Shown here: piece by piece, positions 27,165-36,082 of the stretch | Numbering within the stretch: the first letter of the stretch is position 1 | How the letters are laid out: each line of letters begins with the position of its first letter | Sequence record: PQ898602.1 | Length of the DNA stretch: 64,000 bases | Reading direction: 5' to 3' (one strand) | Program-made: the position numbers and the translations under genes | The notes under the pieces: generated by a model | What the model was told of the DNA's origin: nothing | The model's database searches: none | What the model saw: only the letters and a program-made list of their open reading frames with translations

Positions 27165-29612
27165 ATGTCTAGTTGGGAAAAATTCTCGAGCGAAATTGTA
27201 GAGGGTAAGAAAAAGCCTGCGTTAGATCCTGTTGGAAAAGAGGATGCTGACATTAATAATGATGGCAAAGAGGATGAGACCGATTCGTATCTAAGAAATC
27301 GCAGAAAGATTAGATCCAGAATCATTAGGAAAGAAGACTATGAAAACATCGAAGAAAAAGCCGTCTCAAAAGCCCAACAAAGATTCTTCGGGATGGTTAG
27401 AGCGGCTCAAAAGGGGGAAATGGAAGACCCCTCGCCTGAGGTTTCCAAAGCTGCAGCCTCCATGTCCAAGTCCGACGTAAAGGACTTTGCGAAGACAAAA
27501 CACGATAAACTACCAGAGAAGAAAGAAACAAAGGAGGAAACTTCTCTGGTAGGTGATATTGTAGAAAATCTTAGAGCACAGAGACTTGCAAGACAGGCTC
27601 AGAGACAAATTGCCCAAGATAAACAGGCTAGAAGAAAAACTGCCCGTCAAGGTCAAGACATGATTAATGATTTGGTTAGAGGACCAAATCCATCTAGAGG
27701 TAAATCTAAGAGAGTTGAAGTAAAGGCACCTGCAAATGTAAAAGGTGGTGCTAAGAAATCTTCTGACGAACCAGATCTGGATACTGTATCAGGAAGAGCA
27801 GAAGAACGTCGTAGAGCCTCTAAAACATCTGCAGAACTGCGTAGACAGGAAGACAGAACTAAAAGATCTGGATTAGCTGCTCAACTCCGAGGAGAAAGAA
27901 CAAGAAAGAAAGAAGCAGAGACCGCTGCTGCAGAACGTCGTGCGGGTCGTGATGCTGCCGCTAGAGAGAATGAAGTAAAGAGAGCTAAAGAACTTAAGAG
28001 TGCTAAAATTGATGCTAAGTCTAAACAGGACTCTGCATTTATGGATACACTGAAGAAGGAGGTCGGTGATGGTCTTGATAGAGCTGGTTCTAGAGCTGCT
28101 GTCAAGAAAGATGATACTGGTGGACAGGCACTTAGGAATCTCGAAGTTGGTGGTGATTTAATTGGTGGTCTCGCAAAGGGTCTTGTTGGTGGTGCTATGG
28201 CCAAACGTAAGGCCAAAAAAGACAGATTGGATGATCTCAAGAAACGACGTGAGGTTGATAAGGCAGGTCGTGCTGCGGGCAAACGTTTTGATATGGGTAA
28301 AAAAGCTGAAGCGGATGCGAAAGCAGACATGGAAAAGGATAAGGATGATAACCTTAAAAAATTCCTAAACCAAAAACCACCCAAATCAGTCACTGATCCT
28401 TATAAGGATGGTAAAGGTCGTTCGGATGTTGTCAAAGCTGGTGGTATTGGTGCTCAAGGTTCTGTAAGATCCAAAGGTGGATCTATGGGTGCTGATGGCC
28501 CTAAGGGTACTGCAATTCCTGGAACTACACCTAAACCAGCATTAGCTCCATCTAAACCAAATACACCTCCTGTAAGTGGTGGCGCGAGAAACCTTCTTTC
28601 TCCTGCTCAAGCTATGTCCAAACCAAAGAAAAAATTCTCTTCTAGAGGAGAAGCACTCAGAAAGAATCCGAGTATGAGAGCTAAAGTAGCAAGAGAGTTG
28701 GGTATGGGTAGTGCTAAGAAAGAAAAACCAAAAGGTTTTAAAGAAGGATTCTCTAATTGGAGAGTTGAGCTCAACGAGGGTTTCTTCTTACAAGAGGTTG
28801 AGGATGTTGAGAACAATGGTCTCCACTCCAACATTAAAAAACTTGTTGACATCTCTAAGAAGAAAAACAAGATTGAGATCAATCCTGCACTAGGTGAAGG
28901 TGCGCTTCCTGTAAAACCCATCGTTGGTAGTTTTGCACAAGGTGAAGCGGGAAAAGGTGATTCCAACAGAACCATGGGTGATGTTGCGAAACGTAGAATC
29001 AGAAGAAAACTAGTTGACTGGGCATCCCAGAAAGCTGGTGAGAAAGCTGAGGATATCGTTAAGAACATCCTTGATAAAAAGAAGGAAGGTGAAGAAGTTA
29101 AAGAGGGGTGGTCGGACAAGTATAAAAAGTCTATTGATTGCGATAACCCCAAAGGGTTTAGTCAGAAAGCACATTGTGCAGGTAAGAAGAAAGAAGTCAA
29201 GGAAGCATTTAAAGATGGTGAGATGAAACCCCAACTCAAAAAGAAGAAGGGTAACATCCAAGTAGTTGATACTGGTAACACTTTAAAGAAGTCTGTTGAC
29301 AATCAGATCAATACCGATCCTGACCTAACCTTAATCAAGAAAAAGTTGAAAGAAGATTGGCAAAAAGTCAATCGCAAGGACAAGACAGATGGTCTGAGTC
29401 AGAAAGCAGTTGATGCGTATCGTAAAGAGAACCCAGGTTCAAAGTTACAAACTGCAGTAACTGAAAAGAAACCAACTGGTAAGAGAGCAGATCGTCGAAA
29501 GTCCTTCTGCCGTCGCATGAAGGGGATGAAAGCAAAACTGACATCCAAGAAAACTTCAAGAGATCCTGATTCCAGAATCAACAAAGCTCTTCGTCGTTGG
29601 AATTGCAACTGA
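27165..29612 (+). CDS. Large modular basic late protein; putative internal-head polyprotein
   Basis: TAAATA at 27130; modules bounded by [ILV]-x-E; includes Cys-containing C-terminal modules. Confidence 0.75.
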   Translation: MSSWEKFSSEIVEGKKKPALDPVGKEDADINNDGKEDETDSYLRNRRKIRSRIIRKEDYENIEEKAVSKAQQRFFGMVRAAQKGEMEDPSPEVSKAAASMSKSDVKDFAKTKHDKLPEKKETKEETSLVGDIVENLRAQRLARQAQRQIAQDKQARRKTARQGQDMINDLVRGPNPSRGKSKRVEVKAPANVKGGAKKSSDEPDLDTVSGRAEERRRASKTSAELRRQEDRTKRSGLAAQLRGERTRKKEAETAAAERRAGRDAAARENEVKRAKELKSAKIDAKSKQDSAFMDTLKKEVGDGLDRAGSRAAVKKDDTGGQALRNLEVGGDLIGGLAKGLVGGAMAKRKAKKDRLDDLKKRREVDKAGRAAGKRFDMGKKAEADAKADMEKDKDDNLKKFLNQKPPKSVTDPYKDGKGRSDVVKAGGIGAQGSVRSKGGSMGADGPKGTAIPGTTPKPALAPSKPNTPPVSGGARNLLSPAQAMSKPKKKFSSRGEALRKNPSMRAKVARELGMGSAKKEKPKGFKEGFSNWRVELNEGFFLQEVEDVENNGLHSNIKKLVDISKKKNKIEINPALGEGALPVKPIVGSFAQGEAGKGDSNRTMGDVAKRRIRRKLVDWASQKAGEKAEDIVKNILDKKKEGEEVKEGWSDKYKKSIDCDNPKGFSQKAHCAGKKKEVKEAFKDGEMKPQLKKKKGNIQVVDTGNTLKKSVDNQINTDPDLTLIKKKLKEDWQKVNRKDKTDGLSQKAVDAYRKENPGSKLQTAVTEKKPTGKRADRRKSFCRRMKGMKAKLTSKKTSRDPDSRINKALRRWNCN

Positions 29613-29642
29613 TAAATAGGTTGCTGTTTCATATCAATACCC

Positions 29643-30208
29643 ATGGACGACTTCGTAACCGTGGATAGTGAACCTAAAAAGAACTTTTTGGTGTTGCCCA
29701 TATTGGTGTCTTGGGTCACTTGATTAATAACAAGGCGATTAATTATCCAGTCATTCAGTTTCCGAGTGGTGACTATTCATCTTATGAAGTTGAGGGAAAT
29801 CGAGATGGATATAGTATTAAATACAGAGCAAACGATCCAACAATTCTTGAGTCTGATAGATCTTTGACTCTGGATAAACATAAGAAAGGATTGTTTGGAC
29901 CTACAACAGAAATGCGTCGTGAATTCCGTCGTGATCAATATACGATGGATGGTACCCGTAACATGGGAGGTGCAATTGATGCCGAGGGAAAGTCTCTTGC
30001 AAAAAGCGAAGAGTGCATTCGGGCGGACGCTGGCGCGAGGTCACAAGGTGCGATGGCGGGAACCGCAATTAGTACAGGTTTGATTGCACCTGCAGTTGCT
30101 AACATTCCTTATATTGGTTGGTTAGCTGCTGGTTGGTCTGCATTACTAGGTAATCAAATCGGATCTGAAATCGGAGCAGAAGTCGGATCTGCCTTCAATG
30201 ATTGTTGA
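29643..30208 (+). pseudogene. Membrane-associated hypothetical protein whose 5' end is out of frame (frameshift or deletion near 29675-29690)
   Basis: TAAATA 29613 then ATG 29643 frame stops at 29721-29723; -1 frame reads LFGVAHIGVLGHL... with no ATG. Confidence 0.5.
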
Positions 30209-30270
30209 ATGAACACATAAGGTCACCACAGGTTTCTTATTGAATCTAAATAAAATTTTACAATAGATAG

Positions 30271-30936
30271 ATGCTGTTAAACCTCGCGCATACTATTGCT
30301 GATTATACGATTTGTGGAGAAGGTAACGTATCAGAAAGAAAGACCGAGGATACATTTTTAATCAAGGCAAGTGGGACGAGTCTTCATACGTTATCAGACG
30401 AAGATTTGACACTCGTAGACAACTACGCTAACCAAATAAATCCAGACCAAAAGAAACCAAGTATTGAGGTTCTCTTCCATGCGTGGATCATGAGAACCTT
30501 TCCTGAGATCAATTATATTGCACATACACATCCACCAAAGACTACGCAGATTCTTTGTTCACCAGTGGTCAAAGAGTTTGCATTCAGTCGATGGTTCCCC
30601 GATCAGATTGTTCGGAACGGAGTTATTTCTTGTTTAGTTCCTTATGCACCTCCTGGTGCTCGTCTTCTAAAGAACGTTGAGGAACATGTAAGTAACTTTG
30701 TTGATGTTAATGGTTACTTCCCCAAGTTAATTCTTTTGGAGAACCACGGAATCATTACTGCATCACCTTACCAAAAAGATTGTGCATCTGCGACTCTTAT
30801 GTGTGAGAAGTCTGCTGATATTTTTATCGGTGCAAAACTTCTTGGTGGTTTGAATACTCTTCCAGAAGAAGAGATTGATCACCTAGAGAACTGCCCTGGT
30901 GAGAGGTATCGTAGACATATGTATTACGTTAAATAG
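30271..30936 (+). CDS. Class II aldolase/adducin family protein
   Basis: GNVS, IKASG, KPSIEVLFH, HTHP, LENHG. Confidence 0.85.
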   Translation: MLLNLAHTIADYTICGEGNVSERKTEDTFLIKASGTSLHTLSDEDLTLVDNYANQINPDQKKPSIEVLFHAWIMRTFPEINYIAHTHPPKTTQILCSPVVKEFAFSRWFPDQIVRNGVISCLVPYAPPGARLLKNVEEHVSNFVDVNGYFPKLILLENHGIITASPYQKDCASATLMCEKSADIFIGAKLLGGLNTLPEEEIDHLENCPGERYRRHMYYVK

Positions 30937-30962
30937 TAAGGTACTCTATCAACAGGTTCCTA

Positions 30963-31187
30963 ATGTATCGGGAACCACATCTCCAGAAAAAATCGGACGA
31001 ATGTGCCAAAATCTGGTATGAATGGTTTGATCAGGAGTATAAAATAAAAGATAAAGAAACTGCAAAGGAACTGAGAAAGAAGTGGTCTAAATGTTGTAGT
31101 GAATTTGGTGAGATGGTAAGTCATGAAGTTAAGACAAACCCTCGTTATAAAGGTTTATCTTTAGACCAACGGCGCCTAGATAATTAG
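30963..31187 (+). CDS. Hypothetical protein
   Basis: TAAATA at 30930; YREPHLQKKSDECA. Confidence 0.65.
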   Translation: MYREPHLQKKSDECAKIWYEWFDQEYKIKDKETAKELRKKWSKCCSEFGEMVSHEVKTNPRYKGLSLDQRRLDN

Positions 31188-31204
31188 GTATGCTTTTTAC
31201 GCAT

Positions 31205-31831
31205 ATGAAAAGGTTAAACACACTAGTTCTAAACATCACGGTTGCAATTATCGACTTCTTGTATCGTGGTAGGGATTTTCAAAGATTTTGGGTGCTTGAG
31301 GAGATCGCTCGAGCGCCCTATTTTGCGTTTTTAAGTGTCTTACACTTCAGGGAATCATTGGGTCTGCGAGGTCAGTGGCACTTACACTTGATGAAAGAAC
31401 ACTTCGAGCAGAGCGTCAATGAAACAGAACATCTGGAATATATGGAAAGCCGCGGCGGTGCTGATTATTGGATCGATCGTTTTGTGGCCCGACACCTCGT
31501 CCTTGTCTATTATTGGATCAATGTGGTTTATTATTGGTTGGCTCCTATGTCTGCTTACCATCTCTCCGAAGAAATAGAACTCCATGCCGCAGAGACATAT
31601 GCAGAATATCTAACTCGTTTTCCAAAGGATGTAAAGATCTGGGAAATCATGAACGACGAGATTCATCATTGGCAGGAACTTAGGGAAGCTGCAAGGATCA
31701 TTCATCCTGACAGATTAACTGTAAACGAAAAAGATGCTGAACCATTCCCACCAGATGTGAGTGACTTGGGGGTTACAACTCAAATTATTGGATATCAAGA
31801 ACATGAACTTATTTCTGAGACCACTAAGTGA
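31205..31831 (+). CDS. ptox: Plastoquinol terminal oxidase
   Basis: RFWVLEEIARAPYFAF, NETEHL, EIELHAAETY, DEIHH di-iron motifs. Confidence 0.93.
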   Translation: MKRLNTLVLNITVAIIDFLYRGRDFQRFWVLEEIARAPYFAFLSVLHFRESLGLRGQWHLHLMKEHFEQSVNETEHLEYMESRGGADYWIDRFVARHLVLVYYWINVVYYWLAPMSAYHLSEEIELHAAETYAEYLTRFPKDVKIWEIMNDEIHHWQELREAARIIHPDRLTVNEKDAEPFPPDVSDLGVTTQIIGYQEHELISETTK

Positions 31832-32012
31832 TCCTAATGGGGTTACATGGAGTATCATCTGGAGTCTGGTGATACTCCTCATAGGAGTAGCTTATTACAT
31901 ATATACCATTATGAAACTCGCCTACTCGGAGTTGGAAGAAGATGTCAGACCAAATCAACAAGAAGGACGCGGATCAGGATCAGATCTTAGCACTTCTGAC
32001 ACACAGGATTGA
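31803..32012 (+). CDS. Small single-TM hypothetical protein
   Basis: MNLFLRPL.D.N.VTWSII...TM. Confidence 0.6.
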   Translation: MNLFLRPLSDPNGVTWSIIWSLVILLIGVAYYIYTIMKLAYSELEEDVRPNQQEGRGSGSDLSTSDTQD

Positions 32013-32208
32013 AGACGCTGAGAACGAAACAAAGGAACTGAAAGAGAGAGTTCGGAACCTTGAGAAAAAAGTTTGGGGTGCAAGTGCGGTCATCGCTGCT
32101 CTTATAACTATTGCTGGTATTGCAGATGCATTAAATGCACAGGAGATGAATTATGGGAGCAATGACACCGCCCAGCAGGAAGTCGTGTTACAACTTCAGA
32201 GTAGTTGA
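31942..32208 (+). CDS. Coiled-coil plus TM small protein
   Basis: RIEDAENETKELKERVRNLEKKVW then hydrophobic stretch. Confidence 0.55.
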   Translation: MSDQINKKDADQDQILALLTHRIEDAENETKELKERVRNLEKKVWGASAVIAALITIAGIADALNAQEMNYGSNDTAQQEVVLQLQSS

Positions 32209-32614
32209 GATCAACAGAGTTGTTGATGGAGATACTATTGATGTGACTATTGACTTGGGTTTTGATCTCTATAAGAAAGAGAGAGTTCGTGTTGCAGGTG
32301 TTGATACACCAGAAAAACGTACAAGAAACCTAGAGGAGAAAGCCCTTGGAATCGACGCAACCAACTGGCTCAAAGAAAAACTGGAAGGGGCGGTGGCTGG
32401 TGATGATGATCTTGTTATCCGTACTGAACTTGTCGGTGGCGTTGGCAAGTACGGGCGTCTTCTTGGCTGGTTATATGTTGGGGACGGAGACATGTCCCTC
32501 AATGAACAAATGATTGCGGAAGGATATGCATGGTCATATGATGGTGGAACTAAACAGAAAAACTTTGAAGTGTTAAGAGGGATTCGTCGTTCATATGGAA
32601 CCCTTGCTGAGTGA
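32153..32614 (+). CDS. Thermonuclease (SNase-like) family protein
   Basis: RVVDGDTID, RVAGVDTPE, GKYGRLLG, GYAW.Y. Confidence 0.88.
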   Translation: MGAMTPPSRKSCYNFRVVEINRVVDGDTIDVTIDLGFDLYKKERVRVAGVDTPEKRTRNLEEKALGIDATNWLKEKLEGAVAGDDDLVIRTELVGGVGKYGRLLGWLYVGDGDMSLNEQMIAEGYAWSYDGGTKQKNFEVLRGIRRSYGTLAE

Positions 32615-33257
32615 TCATTTACTTCACAGACTTCATGATAACTATCTGAACAATTATGAGGAACTAGAAAGAACCTTCCCCTCAATGGAAGATCTTCTTC
32701 GTTCTGATCAAAAGTTGTGTCAATCAGTATCAGAAGGAAAGAATCCAATACATCTACGAGGTTCTCCATTTAAATCAAATTTAAATCTTTCTCCTGAATG
32801 GAGAACCTTAATTAATCATCATACAAGTAAAGAATATTTTGAAAAAACTTTTCTTTCATTCTCAGAACTTAGGAAGTATAGACCTAAGTTGTTTGATATG
32901 ATTGAAAGTGGAGTTTATTATTATGGTAAGGATATACAATATGAAGTCTTGTTTATTATAGATACCAAAAAATTCATTAGTGAGGGTCTTTCTATACATC
33001 TTGACAATAAGAATAAAGTATTCCAGTCAATGATTTACTTTAAAAATTCTCAAGATACGATGAATGATGTGAATGTTCATCTATCTAAAGAAGATGGAAC
33101 GGAAGACCTGCAAGTAGATTATATTCAAAACAGATGTTTGATTATGCCTTATACTCCACATAATTGGCATTATGTTACTCCAGGGAGTCCTAGGATTTAT
33201 CGCAGAAAAATGATAAATGTTATATTCACTCTTCGTGAAGAACTTCAAGAACTTTAA
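32595..33257 (+). CDS. Putative 2OG-Fe(II) oxygenase-fold protein
   Basis: IHLD, MIYF, NWHYV, R..IN; start uncertain; AT-rich. Confidence 0.5.
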   Translation: MEPLLSDHLLHRLHDNYLNNYEELERTFPSMEDLLRSDQKLCQSVSEGKNPIHLRGSPFKSNLNLSPEWRTLINHHTSKEYFEKTFLSFSELRKYRPKLFDMIESGVYYYGKDIQYEVLFIIDTKKFISEGLSIHLDNKNKVFQSMIYFKNSQDTMNDVNVHLSKEDGTEDLQVDYIQNRCLIMPYTPHNWHYVTPGSPRIYRRKMINVIFTLREELQEL

Positions 33258-33302
33258 ATTTTAATAAAAGTCTCTATATAGTATGACACACTGAGGTCTA
33301 TC

Positions 33303-33506
33303 ATGCTTGCATTTCTTCTTCCACTTGCATCAAAGATTGTTGATGCTGCTCTTGCTCAACTTCCCGACGATGAGGAACTTGGTGAGAAACTAGTTGAAAT
33401 CTGCCTTCATATTCTTAGAAAAGCAGTTTCTTTGACAAAAACTGATGTTGATGATCAACTACTTGCTGTAGTTGAGAAAGCTCTTCTAGCCAGAAACGAA
33501 GAGTGA
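33303..33506 (+). CDS. Conserved small hypothetical protein
   Basis: MLAFLLPLASKIV...TKTDVDD; followed by terminator ggaggcctc-N6-gaggtctcc-T. Confidence 0.7.
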   Translation: MLAFLLPLASKIVDAALAQLPDDEELGEKLVEICLHILRKAVSLTKTDVDDQLLAVVEKALLARNEE

Positions 33507-33584
33507 TCCTTGAGGAGGCCTCATATTAGAGGTCTCCATTTTTTATAAATATCTGTATACAATAGAAAATCATGGGGAATTAAC

Positions 33585-34076
33585 ATGTCTCTCTGGGGTA
33601 ACAAAGATACTGTCTATTCGACAGGCAATATCACCACTATCACTTCTGGTGGTGTAGTCACTGGATCTGGTACCACCTTCACCGACTCTACTCTTGTCGA
33701 AGCAGGACAAGTTATTGAGATGGGTGCATATGGTAGTGGTGTCATTAAGTCTGTAGATTCTAATACACAATTAACACTCGACAGCGCTGCTGGTCTGACC
33801 GCAGCTTCTGGTCTAACTCAGGCATTCAACATCAGTGAGTCTCCTAAGTATCTTGCTAAGGATTCTAACTGGGCAGGTAACGAGGTCTATGGATCTGACA
33901 CTGCTGAGGTTGGTGCAGCTGTAGGTACAATTTACGAACACACCCACGCAGGTTGGGTTGGTATTACCACCTACACCGATACACACGGAAACACCAGAAC
34001 CAAGACCGAAGTCTTCGTTGCTGGATCTTCGATTACTACTGACGCTGGAGACGATTCCGTACTGGCAGATAGCTGA
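33585..34076 (+). CDS. Late virion structural protein (Thr/Gly/Ser-rich)
   Basis: TATAAATA at 33544; MSLWG...HAGWVG...R.KTEVFVA. Confidence 0.65.
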   Translation: MSLWGNKDTVYSTGNITTITSGGVVTGSGTTFTDSTLVEAGQVIEMGAYGSGVIKSVDSNTQLTLDSAAGLTAASGLTQAFNISESPKYLAKDSNWAGNEVYGSDTAEVGAAVGTIYEHTHAGWVGITTYTDTHGNTRTKTEVFVAGSSITTDAGDDSVLADS

Positions 34077-34094
34077 TAAATGGTCTAAGTTTTT

Positions 34095-34466
34095 ATGAGA
34101 TTTGATGAGTTGAACGAAAACAATTATATAATGTTTGCTATAAAACATTATGACAATCCTCATGCAGTCACACAAGATGACTTCTATGAGGATATGAAAA
34201 GGTTTAAGTGGATCAAACGTCTACTTAAAAGATATAAGTCAACAGGTGTCCTCAAAACACACCTGTTGATAAATCACTTTATCATTTTGTATAATGTATT
34301 TGGTGAAGCTGCGACTCCTTTGTTGTTCTATAAGATCGACAAGGACTTGTGGCCTGTTATTAAAAGTTTTATAATCTACCTGGAAAGACTTCCAGAATAC
34401 CCAATCAGCAGTCTGCACACCATTCCTGTAGACGAAGAGTGTTTAGATACGATTAAACAAGTATGA
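34095..34466 (+). CDS. Conserved T4-like hypothetical protein
   Basis: FDELNENNYIMFAIKHYDNP...LLINHFIILYNVFG. Confidence 0.8.
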   Translation: MRFDELNENNYIMFAIKHYDNPHAVTQDDFYEDMKRFKWIKRLLKRYKSTGVLKTHLLINHFIILYNVFGEAATPLLFYKIDKDLWPVIKSFIIYLERLPEYPISSLHTIPVDEECLDTIKQV

Positions 34467-34681
34467 ATGACCCCAGACTTGAAAATTCGATTAGGTTGAT
34501 CCGCAACCTTATGGAGGATGCTCCCGTCAATTCTGTGGGTGGTGGTCACATTGCTGGATTGGGTGTAGGTGATCAGGGAGAACCACCTGGTATTCCTGCA
34601 AGTAAGAAGAAGAGAAAGAAGAAAAGATATATTTACCAGAAAGGGCTTCGTAAATGGTGGAACGCACTAATCGAGAAGTAA
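34463..34681 (+). CDS. Small basic hypothetical protein with LME-DAP.NS motif
   Basis: ATGA coupling; Lys-rich tail. Confidence 0.65.
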   Translation: MNDPRLENSIRLIRNLMEDAPVNSVGGGHIAGLGVGDQGEPPGIPASKKKRKKKRYIYQKGLRKWWNALIEK

Positions 34682-34682
34682 A

Positions 34683-35078
34683 ATGGCATTTGGACTGGGA
34701 AAACTTGCAGTTCTAGAATCAAAATTAGATATTTACGAAGACCTGTCCAAGGAAATGTTGGACAAGTTAGAACGTGCTGTATCTACAATTTCAGAGAATA
34801 ATAACAAAGTTGCGATCATCTTAGAACGACATGAGAATCGTATAGAGGAAGGTGAACGCACAAACGAAGCAATTATGAAACTCATTGAGAAAGTTGACGA
34901 GAAGGTTGACACTCTTGAGTATAAGATCAATCAGTTGCAGAAGTTTAGATGGATGACTGTGGGTGTTGCTATCGCCGCAGTGACAATCCTAAAAGCTCCT
35001 GACATTTTCGGAAATTTCTTGACGCCGCAACCTAATGTGGGTATGATAGAGGGAACGCATATTCACCGACTCGGATGA
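34683..35078 (+). CDS. Coiled-coil plus C-terminal TM protein upstream of primase
   Basis: LAVLESK...ILERHENR...LQKFRW-TM. Confidence 0.75.
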   Translation: MAFGLGKLAVLESKLDIYEDLSKEMLDKLERAVSTISENNNKVAIILERHENRIEEGERTNEAIMKLIEKVDEKVDTLEYKINQLQKFRWMTVGVAIAAVTILKAPDIFGNFLTPQPNVGMIEGTHIHRLG

Positions 35079-36082
35079 GCCTGATTGATTCCAAGTATAT
35101 TGGACTGATCTCTATCAAACTGCAGAAATTCTCTAAGAAGAAAGACGGACTCTATACGTTCCGTTGCCCTTATTGTGGTGACTCGCAGAAACATAAGAAC
35201 AAGACTCGGGGATATATTTACAAGTTAAAGAACGATCATAATTTTAAATGTCATAACTGTGGCGTCTCTAGATCCTTCACAAACTTCCTGAAGGATAATG
35301 ACCCTGCATTGCACGATCAGTACGTCTTTGAGAGGTATAAGGCGGGTGCCACGGGTCGTGGATCGAATACTCCTGCACCGAAAGTTTCTGTTCCAAAGAT
35401 GGAATTTAAGAAACCAGAATTCAAGAAAAAAGACTTCGATCTCAAAAAAATCTCAGAACTAAATACATCACACCCCGCTCGATTATTTTTAGAAAACCGA
35501 AGAATTCCCGATCACTATCTGGACGAACTTTACTTCGTCGAAAACTTCAAGGAGTGGACTAACACTCAAAAATATACGTTTAGTAATCTAGATAATGACG
35601 AACCAAGGATCATCATACCCCTAAAGAAGGACAAGAAAATATTTGGGTTTCAAGGTAGATCCCTCACACCACAATCGAAAGTAAAGTACATTACTATCAT
35701 TCTGGATGACGGACAACCAAAGATCTATGGACTTGATTCTGTAAATGACAAAAAACCAATCTACATCGTCGAAGGACCCTTTGACTCCACGTTCTTGGAA
35801 AACGCTGTTGCCATGTGTGGGGCTGACGTTGATGTTAGGTCGCTTGGTTGGAGCGATCATATTTGGGTTCTTGATAATGAACCACGCAACAGAGAAATCG
35901 TCAACCGAATTTCAAAACTCATCGATAGAGGACAGAAGGTAGTTATCTGGCCCGAATCTATAAAAGAAAAAGACATTAATGATATGATCTTAACTGGACT
36001 TAACGTTCAGGATGTGATAGACTCAAACGTCTATAGTGGACTACACGCTAAAACAAAACTTACTAGTTGGAAGAAAACATGA
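35075..36082 (+). CDS. gp61: DNA primase gp61
   Basis: RCPYCGD...FKCHNCG zinc finger; VEGPFDS; DNEPRN; KDINDM. Confidence 0.96.
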   Translation: MSLIDSKYIGLISIKLQKFSKKKDGLYTFRCPYCGDSQKHKNKTRGYIYKLKNDHNFKCHNCGVSRSFTNFLKDNDPALHDQYVFERYKAGATGRGSNTPAPKVSVPKMEFKKPEFKKKDFDLKKISELNTSHPARLFLENRRIPDHYLDELYFVENFKEWTNTQKYTFSNLDNDEPRIIIPLKKDKKIFGFQGRSLTPQSKVKYITIILDDGQPKIYGLDSVNDKKPIYIVEGPFDSTFLENAVAMCGADVDVRSLGWSDHIWVLDNEPRNREIVNRISKLIDRGQKVVIWPESIKEKDINDMILTGLNVQDVIDSNVYSGLHAKTKLTSWKKT

